DNA of 64,000 bases from Antedon mediterranea. Lineage: Eukaryota > Animalia > Echinodermata. Under the pieces are notes generated by a model, which had not been told where the DNA came from, did not search any database, and saw only the letters and a program-made list of their open reading frames with translations. Position 1 is the stretch's first letter. Every line of letters begins with the position of its first letter. The DNA is taken from the NCBI RefSeq assembly GCF_964355755.1, contig NW_027306095.1:372001-436000 (forward strand), in the 5' to 3' direction. The position numbers and the translations under genes are program-made. Shown here piece by piece: positions 1 through 10,029 of the stretch.

Positions 1-3000
1 TTTTCGAAATGCACAACATGGTCTAAAACGTCTCCAAATGCGATTTGAAGCTATTTTGTGCACTTTGATGTTTTTGTGTGAAAAGTTTATTCGAAATGCA
101 CAAAATGGTCTAAAACGTCTCCAAATGCGATTTGAAGTTATTTTGTGCACTTTGATGTTTTGTGTGAAAAGTTTTATCGAAATGCTCAAAATGGTCTAAA
201 ACGGTTTCAAATGTGATTTTAAGCACTTTGATATTTTTGTGTAATCAAGTTTCATCGAAATGCTCAAAATGGTCTAAAACGTCTCCAAATGCGATTTGAA
301 GCTATTTTGTGCACTTTGATGTTTTTTTGTGAAAAGTTTCATCGAAATGCACAAAATGGTCTAAAACGTCTCTAAATGCGATTTGAAGCTATTTTGTGCA
401 CTTTGATGTTTTTGTGTGAAAAGTTTCATCGAAATGCACAAAATGGTCTAAAACGTCTCTAAATGCGATTTGAAGCTATTTTGTGCACTTTGATGTTTTT
501 TTGTGAAAAGTTTCATCGAAATGCACAAAATGGTCTAAAACGTCTCTAAATGCGATTTGAAGCTATTTTGTGCACTTTGATGTTTTTTTGTGAAAAGTTT
601 CATCGAAATGCACAAAATTGTCTAAAACGTCTCTAAATGCGATTTGAAGCTATTTTGTGCACTTTGTCGTTTTTGTGTGAAAAGTTTCATCGAAATGCTC
701 AAAATGGTCTAAAACGTCTCCAAATGCGATTTGAAGCAATTTTGTGCACTTTGATGTTTTTGTGTGAAAAGTTTCATCGAAATGCACAAAATGGTCTAAA
801 ACGTCTGCAAATGCGATTTGAAGCTATTTTGTGCACTTTGTCGTTTTTGTGTGAAAAGTTTTTTCGAAATGCACAAAATGGTCTAAAACGTCTCCAATTG
901 CGATTTGAAGTTATTTTGTGCACTTTGATGTTTTGTGTGAAAAGTTTTATCGAAATGCTCAAAATGGTCTAAAACGGTTTCAAATGTGATTTTAAGCACT
1001 TTGATATTTTTGTGTAATCAAGTTTCATCGAAATGCACAAAATGGTCTAAAACGTCTGCAAATGCGATTTAAAGCTATTTTGTGCACTTTAATATTTTGT
1101 GTGAAAAGTTTTATCGAAATTCTCAAAATGGTCTAAAACGGTTTCAAATGTGATTTTAAGCACTTTGATGTTTTTGTGTAATCAAGTTTCATCGAAATGC
1201 ACAAAATGGTTTAAAACGTCTGCAAATGCGATTTGAAGCTATTTTGTGCACTTTGATGTTTTTGTGTGAAAAGTTTCCTCGAAATGCACAAAATTGTCTA
1301 AAACGTCTCCAAATACGATATTAAGCTATTTTGTGCACTTTGATGTTTTTGTGTGAAAAGTTTATTCGAAATGCACAAAATGGTCTAAAACGTCTCCAAA
1401 TGCGATTTGAAGTTATTTTGTGCACTTTGATGTTTTGTGTGAAAAGTTTTATCGAAATGCTCAAAATGGTCTAAAACGGTTTCAAATGTGATTTTAAGCA
1501 CTTTGATATTTTTGTGTAATCAAGTTTCATCGAAATGCTCAAAATGGTCTAAAACGTCTCCAAATGCGATTTGAAGCTATTTTGTGCACTTTGATGTTTT
1601 TTTGTGAAAAGTTTCATCGAAATGCACAAAATGGTCTAAAACGTCTCTAAATGCGATTTGAAGCTATTTTGTGCACTTTGATGTTTTTGTGTGAAAAGTT
1701 TCATCGAAATGCACAAAATGGTCTAAAACGTCTCTAAATGCGATTTGAAGCTATTTTGTGCACTTTGATGTTTTTTTGTGAAAAGTTTCATCGAAATGCA
1801 CAAAATGGTCTAAAACGTCTCTAAATGCGATTTGAAGCTATTTTGTGCACTTTGATGTTTTTTTGTGAAAAGTTTCATCGAAATGCACAAAATTGTCTAA
1901 AACGTCTCTAAATGCGATTTGAAGCTATTTTGTGCACTTTGTCGTTTTTGTGTGAAAAGTTTCATCGAAATGCTCAAAATGGTCTAAAACGTCTCCAAAT
2001 GCGATTTGAAGCAATTTTGTGCACTTTGATGTTTTTGTGTGAAAAGTTTCATCGAAATGCACAAAATGGTCTAAAACGTCTGCAAATGCGATTTGAAGCT
2101 ATTTTGTGCACTTTGTCGTTTTTGTGTGAAAAGTTTTTTCGAAATGCACAAAATGGTCTAAAACGTCTCCAATTGCGATTTGAAGTTATTTTGTGCACTT
2201 TGATGTTTTGTGTGAAAAGTTTTATCGAAATGCTCAAAATGGTCTAAAACGGTTTCAAATGTGATTTTAAGCACTTTGATATTTTTGTGTAATCAAGTTT
2301 CATCGAAATGCACAAAATGGTCTAAAACGTCTGCAAATGCGATTTAAAGCTATTTTGTGCACTTTAATATTTTGTGTGAAAAGTTTTATCGAAATTCTCA
2401 AAATGGTCTAAAACGGTTTCAAATGTGATTTTAAGCACTTTGATGTTTTTGTGTAATCAAGTTTCATCGAAATGCACAAAATGGTTTAAAACGTCTGCAA
2501 ATGCGATTTGAAGCTATTTTGTGCACTTTGATGTTTTTGTGTGAAAAGTTTCCTCGAAATGCACAAAATTGTCTAAAACGTCTCCAAATACGATATTAAG
2601 CTATTTTGTGCACTTTGATGTTTTTGTGTGAAAAGTTTCATCGAAATGCACAAAATGGTCTAAAACGTCTGCAAATGCGATTTGAAGCTATTTTGTGCAC
2701 TTTGTCGTTTTTGTGTGAAAAGTTTCATCGAAATGCTCAAAATGGTCTAAAACGTCTCCAAATGCGATTTGAAGCAATTTTGTGCACTTTGATGTTTTTG
2801 TGTGAAAAGTTTCATCGAAATGCACAAAATGGTCTCTAAAACGTCTGCAAATGCGATTTGAAGCTATTTTGTGCACTTTGTCGTTTTTGTGTGAAAAGTT
2901 TTTTCGAAATGCACAAAATGGTCTAAAACGTCTCCAAATGCGATTTGAAGCAATTTTGTGCACTTTGATGTTTTGTGTAATCCAGTTTCATCGAAATGTA

Positions 3001-3249
3001 CAAAATTGTCTAAAACGTCTCTAAATGCGATTTGAAGCTATTTTGTGCACTTTGTCGTTTTTGTGTGAAAAGTTTTTTCGAAATGCACAAAATGGTCTAA
3101 AACGTCTCCAATTGCGATTTGAAGTTATTTTGTGCACTTTGATGTTTTGTGTGAAAAGTTTTATCGAAATGCTCAAAATGGTCTAAAACGGTTTCAAATG
3201 TGATTTTAAGCACTTTGATATTTTTGTGTAATCAAGTTACATCGAAATG
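1..3249 (+). repeat. 87-bp satellite array, forward block 1
   Basis: Tandem monomers with consensus ATGCGATTTGAAGCTATTTTGTGCACTTTGATGTTTTTGTGTGAAAAGTTTCATCGAAATGCACAAAATGGTCTAAAACGTCTCCAA (87 bp counted), with 86- and 78-bp variants. Confidence 0.98.
48..2597 (+). repeat. Tandem 1275-bp (15-monomer) higher-order duplication
   Basis: Identical ORFs at 637/1912 and 774/2049 (offset 1275); rare variants such as 'agtttcctcg' and 'tttaatatttt' recur at the same offset; 1275 = 9x87 + 3x86 + 3x78. Confidence 0.9.
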
Positions 3250-3259
3250 CATTTCGATG
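3240..3259. other. Fold-back inversion junction, type A (perfect 20-bp palindrome CATCGAAATGCATTTCGATG)
   Basis: Array changes from + to - at the central TGCA with no spacer. Confidence 0.95.
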
Positions 3260-6200
3260 AAACTTTTCACACAAAAACATCAAAGTGCACAAAATTGCTT
3301 CAAATCGCATTTGGAGACGTTTTAGACCATTTTGAGCATTTCGATGAAACTTTTCACACAAAAACGACAAAGTGCACAAAATAGCTTCAAATCGCATTTA
3401 GAGACGTTTTAGACAATTTTGTGCATTTCGATGAAACTTTTCACAAAAAAACATCAAAGTGCACAAAATAGCTTCAAATCGCATTTAGAGACGTTTTAGA
3501 CCATTTTGTGCATTTCGATGAAACTTTTCACACAAAAACATCAAAGTGCACAAAATAGCTTCAAATCGCATTTAGAGACGTTTTAGACCATTTTGTGCAT
3601 TTCGATGAAACTTTTCACAAAAAAACATCAAAGTGCACAAAATAGCTTCAAATCGCATTTGGAGACGTTTTAGACCATTTTGAGCATTTCGATGAAACTT
3701 GATTACACAAAAATATCAAAGTGCTTAAAATCACATTTGAAACCGTTTTAGACCATTTTGAGCATTTCGATAAAACTTTTCACACAAAACATCAAAGTGC
3801 ACAAAATAACTTCAAATCGCATTTGGAGACGTTTTAGACCATTTTGTGCATTTCGAATAAACTTTTCACACAAAAACATCAAAGTGCACAAAATAGCTTC
3901 AAATCGCATTTGGAGACGTTTTAGACCATGTTGTGCATTTCGAAAAAACTTGATTACACAAAAATATCAAAGTGCTTAAAATCACATTTGAAACCGTTTT
4001 AGACAATTTTGAGCATTTCGATAAAACTTTTCACACAAAACATTAAAGTGCACAAAATAGCAAACTTTTTACACAAAACATCAAAGTGCACAAAAGAGCT
4101 CCATTTGGAGACGTTTTAGACCATTTTGTTCATTTCGAAAAAACTTTTCACTCAAAAACATCAAAGTGCATACAATAGCTTAATATCGTATTTGGAGACG
4201 TTTTAGACAATTTTGTGCATTTCGATGAAACTTTTCACACAAAAACATCAAAGTGCACAAAATAGCTTCAAATCGCATTTGCAGACGTTTTAAACCATTT
4301 AGTGCATTTCGATGAAACTTGATTACACAAAAACATCAAAGTGCTTAAAATCACATTTGAAACCGTTATAGACCATTTTGAGAATTTCGATAAAACTTTT
4401 CACACAAAACATTAAAGTGCACAAAATAGCTTTAAATCGCATTTGCAGACGTTTTAGACCATTTTGTGCATTTCGATGAAACTTGATTACACAAAAATAT
4501 CAAAGTGCTTAAAATCACATTTTAAATCGTTTTAGACCATTTTGAGCATTTCGATAAAACTTTTCACACAAAACATCAAAGTGCACAAAATAACTTCAAA
4601 TCGCAATTGGAGACGTTTTAGACCATTTTGTGCATTTCGATGAAACTTTTCACACAAAAACGACAAAGTGCACAAAATAGCTTCAAATCGCATTTAGAGA
4701 CGTTTTAGACAATTTTATACATTTCGATGAAACTGGATTACACAAAACATCAAAGTGCACAAAATTGCTTCAAATCGCATTTGGAGACGTTTTAGACCAT
4801 TTTGTGCATTTCGAAAAAACTTTTCACACAAAAACGACAAAGTGCACAAAATAGCTTCAAATTGCATTTGCAGACGTTTTAGACCATTTTGTGCATTTCG
4901 ATGAAACTTTTCACACAAAAACATCAAAGTGCACAAAATTGCTTCAAATCGCATTTGGAGACGTTTTAGACCATTTTGAGCATTTCGATGAAACTTTTCA
5001 CACAAAAACGACAAAGTTCACAAAATAGCTTCAAATCGCATTTAGAGACGTTTTAGACAATTTTGTGCCTTTCGATGAAACTTTTCACAAAAAAACATCA
5101 AAGTGCACAAAATAGCTTCAAATCGCATTTGCAGACGTTTTAGACCATTTTGTGCATTTCGATGAAACTTTTCACACAAAAACATCAAAGTGCACAAAAT
5201 TGCTTCAAATCGCATTTGGAGACGTTTTAGACCATTTTGTGCATTTCGAAAAAACTTTTCACACAAAAACGACAAAGTGCACAAAATAGCTTCAAATTGC
5301 ATTTGCAGACGTTTTAGACCATTTTGTGCATTTCGATGAAACTTTTCACACAAAAACATCAAAGTGCACAAAATTGCTTCAAATCGCATTTGGAGACGTT
5401 TTAGACCATTTTGAGCATTTCGATGAAACTTTTCACACAAAAACGACAAAGTTCACAAAATAGCTTCAAATCGCATTTAGAGACGTTTTAGACAATTTTG
5501 TGCCTTTCGATGAAACTTTTCACAAAAAAACATCAAAGTGCACAAAATAGCTTCAAATCGCATTTGCAGACGTTTTAGACCATTTTGTGCATTTCGATGA
5601 AACTTTTCACACAAAAACATCAAAGTGCACAAAATTGCTTCAAATCGCATTTGGAAACGTTTTAGACCTTTTGAGCATTTCGATGAAACTTTTCACACAA
5701 AAACGACAAAGTGCACAAAATAGCTTCAAATCGCATTTAGAGACGTTTTAGACCATTTTGTGCATTTCGATGAAACTTTTCACAAAAAAACATCAAAGTG
5801 CACAAAATAGCTTCAAATCGCATTTAGAGACGTTTTAGACCATTTTGTGCATTTCGATGAAACTTTTCACACAAAAACATCAAAGTGCACAAAATAGCTT
5901 CAAATCGCATTTAGAGACGTTTTAGACCATTTTGTGCATTTCGATGAAACTTTTCACACAAAAACATCAAAGTGCACAAAATAGCTTCAAATCGCATTTG
6001 GAGACGTTTTAGACCATGTTGTGCATTTCGAAAAAACTTGATTACACAAAAACATCAAAGTGCTTAAAATCACATTTGAAACCGTTTTAGACCATTTTGA
6101 GAATTTCGATAAAACTTTTACACAAAACATTAAAGTGCACAAAATAGCTTTAAATCGCATTTGCAGACGTTTTAGACCATTTTGTGCATTTCGATGAAAC

Positions 6201-6282
6201 TGGATTACACAAAACATCAAAGTGCACAAAATTGCTTCAAATCGCATTTGGAGACGTTTTAGACCATTTTGTGCATTTCGAA
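3250..6282 (-). repeat. 87-bp satellite array, inverted block 1
   Basis: Reverse-complement monomers (…CATTTCGATGAAACTTTTCACAC…); near-identical to ~20590-23625 (ORF offset 17343). Confidence 0.97.
6279..6282 (+). repeat. Left target-site duplication CGAA
   Basis: CGAA precedes CACAG and recurs at 10043-10046; single copy in the empty sites at 23622-23625 and 49742-49745. Confidence 0.92.
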
Positions 6283-6295
6283 CACAGCTGTTTCA
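6283..6295 (+). repeat. Left terminal inverted repeat CACAGCTGTTTCA
   Basis: Matches the reverse complement of 10030-10042 (CACAGCTGTTCCA) at 12/13 positions. Confidence 0.93.
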
Positions 6296-6317
6296 ACTAG
6301 TGTTAAGATATCAGAAA

Positions 6318-6338
6318 AAGTCAAGCGCCCTCAGTGTT
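6318..6338 (+). repeat. Left subterminal motif AAGTCAAGCGCCCTCAGTGTT (putative transposase-binding site)
   Basis: 16/21 identity to the reverse complement of 9997-10017 (AAGTGCAGCGCCCCCAACGTT); function is inferred. Confidence 0.7.
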
Positions 6339-7205
6339 AGCAGACGAGGCTCTCCCGAGTCGCGCGGACATATAATTTTTGTTTACAAACCATTATTTCG
6401 CGAACGCCAAATTAAATTTCGCTATCGTGAGATTTTATGTAGTAAAACATTTTATACAAAACTAAATGATTAAAAAAAGTGTATGTTCAATTAAAAAATA
6501 AATATTTTATTGTTTCTTTACTATAAATTAATAAATAAACCACGATATTGTCCATTTTACTGAAATACTCTCCAGCACATAAACCAGGAAGTCAAGATAA
6601 ACTGTGTAAAGAAATGGTAAACAATCGTAAGTAGAAAATATCATTGTATTCTTTACTTTTTTTTGGATATAATTAATTTTTTTAGAAAAAGAACGAACTA
6701 GAATATAGTCCATCATTATTATATAAACAAAATAATACTAGTTTTGTAAATATAGCCTGGTTCAGTTTTTAGTAAAACTCGCATATTTTGCAACCCCTTT
6801 ATACATTGTTATTGTTGTCGGTGAGAAAACGGTTTGGCAATAGGCTTAGAAAGTGCGTTGTCGCCCGCGATGACCGTGACGGTAATGTGGGCCTAGAATA
6901 AAGCTAGGCCGAAACATAGAAAATTCGTAATAGTTAAACCTTTAATTACCCTAATCCTAAATTTAATCATTATAACTGTTACCAAATAATTAATGGCATG
7001 TGTTTATAATAATAATTATTGCTTTCCTGGTGCATTTTTAGGCTAGCTGGTGTGACTGAGTGACAGTCACAGCCTAGGCTAGGCCTTAATAGTAATACAT
7101 TTGTATAATAATGTTTTAATATTTTGACTATTAGCTCTCTTGTTTGGATTTGTTTGGACACAAAACTGAAGTACTGTAGATTTAAAAATTGATTTATTTT
7201 TAAAG

Positions 7206-8445
7206 GAAAGTACAGTTGCATCTATTGTTTTTGTAATCAAGATGACATCAGAACCAACAATGTTCCTCAAGCCTGTAGATATCTCAAGGCCTACAATCAT
7301 GACTACAAGTTTTTTGTAGACCATGGTAGTGAAAAAAAAAAAAGCAAAACATAATCGCACAGTGTTGTTAGGCCATACCTGGTAGACATTGAATTAAACA
7401 GGGTAGGTAAATAATCATAACCACCTCTTTAGAAAGTTTAATACACACTCCAAACAATGAAATGTGTGTTTGTACTTCATATTAAAGAACAATGTTAGTA
7501 TAAAATAACTGTCGAAACAAACAATTGTTACAGTAATTTATAAATATACCTCTTTTCTTTATTAAATATTTCCTCAATCAACTATTTTTCCAGGTGTCAA
7601 TATGTTATAATATTCAACATGCGACAGGATGCTGACATCTTGACTGGTAAATTCAAATGTTGTTTCAACTTTACATTGACATTACATAATAACTCAATTG
7701 GTCAAGTTGCTCTTTAAATATACATTGTCCCTTTGAGCATAGAATTTCAAAATTGTTTATCCTATTTTTATGCATAATAAAGCAAACCTTTGGCTGGAAC
7801 TTATTTTCCTATGAATTATCCATATATTATTATCATCATCTGCTACAAGAAATAGTTGTTAACATTTTGAAAATATAATAATTTTGATGCTCATTTTTTA
7901 TGCAGATTGACATTTATTTGGTTGACCAATATTGTTTAATCTCAGGTGATCATCCAGCAGAAAGAGAAAATCAGAAGCTGCAGCACATCGATATGCTACA
8001 AAGTACAATGATTAAAATCCAGTCTTTAGAAGAGAATCTTGAGCATTTAAGAAATGAACTCTCAGTGTCACTTGTGACAAAACAGCATAGTAAGATTGCA
8101 GAGACTGGCCACAGAATAAATCTAAAAGAACAAGAGGTCAAAGACTTGGTCAGTCCTACATTATATACCTTTAAAATTATGTCTAAAACATGCAATACTA
8201 TAAAAATGAATGCCATATTTCTTTTATATATTTTATATAGCGAACTACTATGAACCAAGAGATTTGAAACTGGACCTCTATGTACAAAAATGGACGAGGT
8301 ATTTAGAAAAAATAAATTCCTCGACAGCAGTACCATGGAAAGAGTTTTGTGGGAAATCATGAAGTCACATCTGACGTTTATTTCACCTGAGATCCAGCAT
8401 GAAGTAACTAGGCCGGTAACTAAGTGCAGAAAAGTTGAGGAATAG
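7206..8445 (+). pseudogene. Spliced, internally deleted DDE transposase remnant (Chapaev/Transib/RAG1-core-like)
   Basis: Inferred exons: 7206-7402 (GKYSCIYCFCNQDDIRTNNVPQACRYLKAYNHDYKFFVDHGSEKKKSKT*SHSVVRPYLVDIELNR); 7594-7646 (VSI…IFNMRQDADILT); 7946-8148 (GDHPAERENQKL…KEQEVKDL, coiled-coil-like); 8241-8445 (…ETGPLCTKMDEVFRKN / IPRQQYHGKSFVGNH / IMKSHLTFISPEIQHEVTRPVTKCRKVEE*). GT-AG introns have compatible phases (0,1,0). There is an in-frame stop at 7352 and several frameshifts. Confidence 0.8.
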
Positions 8446-8601
8446 TTTGCTATTTCTCAGTTAATTGTTACAGTATTGCATATTATTATGTACAGTATAC
8501 TGTATGAATGGTAGTATTTTTTGTGTTATTGCTAGAACAATGATTTTGTGAATATTTAACAAATGGTATATGAATTGTAATTGAATTTAATTTTTTGGAA
8601 G

Positions 8602-9512
8602 TTATTTTATTTTAATTTGGTTTATATATATTATTGATTGATAACGGAAATTGATGTTATTTACTGATTTAGATTGTGATTGCATATACAATACAAATAT
8701 GAAAGAAATATGCATTTATAATTAAATATCTAATGTCACAGTACTCTATAGCTTCTTTCTATTAATATATTACAGATCTTTGACTAAGACATGCTAGGTA
8801 GGCTGCTAGCCTTTAACCTGCTGATGATGTAGCCTAGCCTATATATAGTATAGGCCTAGCTAGGGATGTAACCTGGCCTACTCTGTACTCCTCTCTCCCA
8901 ATATGAATGATTATTAAAAAAGCTTAGGCCTAGGCTAGGCCTAATTTTTAATTAGGACCAGGAACAAGTAATTAATCAGCTTTATAACAGGTCAACTGTC
9001 ATTTAGGCCCCCGAATAGACATGTTTATTTGTTAAAAATAAACAGTTATTTTATTTTAATTTGGTTTATATATTAATAATTATTTATTGATAACGGAAAT
9101 TTATGTTATTTACTGATTTAGATTGTGATTCATTGCATATCAAAATAATAAATATACAATACAAATATGAAAGAAATATGCATTTATGATTAAATATCTA
9201 ATGTCACAGTACTCTATAACTTCTTTCTATTAATATATTACAGATCTTTGACTAAGACATGCTAGGTAGGCTGCTAGCCTTTAACCTGCTGATGAGGTAG
9301 CCTAGCCTATATATAATATAGGCCTAGCTGGGCCTGTAGCCTGGCCTACTCTGTACTCCTTTCCCAATATGAATGATTATTAAAAAAGCTTAGGCCTAGA
9401 CTAGGCCTAATTTTTAATTAGGACCAGGAACAAGTAATTAATCAGCTTTATAACAGGTCAACTGTCACTCAGGCCCCCCGAATATACATGTTTACGTGTT
9501 AAAAATAAACAG
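8602..9512 (+). repeat. Diverged tandem duplication inside the transposon (8602-9045 and 9046-9512)
   Basis: Both copies run TTATTTTATTTTAATTTGG…GTTAAAAATAAACAG and differ by scattered substitutions and indels; AG microhomology at the junction. Confidence 0.93.
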
Positions 9513-9996
9513 CCATTAGTCTTACACAGCTGGTTTTAACCACGCAAGGGGCCTGGGCAGAGCCTATTATAAGCTAGCATAGGAAAAAATCCATCCAGGC
9601 AATATGAATACGATCCTTGTTAAAACATTCAAGGATAACTAAAGTATCCAACTAAATCAAAGAATTCAACAGAAAAAGTTATTTTTAAACTGATATGGAA
9701 AACAACATTTATACCTACTTTTTAAATGTATCACTTGAGAAAAAAACTGGCGTTGGGTGAACAATTTTCAATTACATTACCTCTTAAAATCCACGTGATA
9801 AAACGACGACAACATGTTTTTCACCTTCATCCAGGGTTGGTCTAATGAATATTCATTATTTTTCTGACTTTCGCGGTCTTTATTTGTTTTTATTGGCTAT
9901 TAAAAAACAGTCGTTTTATGCTTGATTGCTTCCGGGTTCCTCATGTGGTTTGTATACAATATGTTTTCGGAATCGCTACTCCATAAAACGCTATGA

Positions 9997-10017
9997 AACG
10001 TTGGGGGCGCTGCACTT
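9997..10017 (-). repeat. Right subterminal motif AAGTGCAGCGCCCCCAACGTT
   Basis: Inverted counterpart of 6318-6338. Confidence 0.7.
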
Positions 10018-10029
10018 AATTCATATTTC

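Noticed and set aside
3240-3259. Fold-back junctions as read or amplification chimeras
   Set aside because: The same breakpoint with a private variant recurs three times and the two arms are different monomer series rather than mirror copies. Read-level confirmation is still desirable.
6324-6338. CTCF-like site (AGCGCCCTC/AGCGCCCCC) at both subterminal motifs
   Set aside because: Only half of the CTCF core matches; the symmetric placement is better explained as a transposon end motif.
6614-6632. Possible first exon ATGGTAAACAATC|GTAAGT
   Set aside because: Good donor and compatible phase, but too short to support without transcript data or a full-length copy.
7358-7364. Canonical RSS heptamer CACAGTG
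   Set aside because: It lies inside a transposase exon with no nonamer at 12 or 23 bp; expected by chance.
7900-8253. 117-aa ORF as a standalone CDS
   Set aside because: Its ends run through intron-like sequence; only 7946-8148 looks exonic, as part of the transposase pseudogene.
6528-8360. Minus-strand ORFs 6528-6716, 6979-7221, 7079-7360 and 7971-8360
   Set aside because: Low-complexity AT-rich translations or antisense shadows of the transposase exons, with no recognisable motifs.
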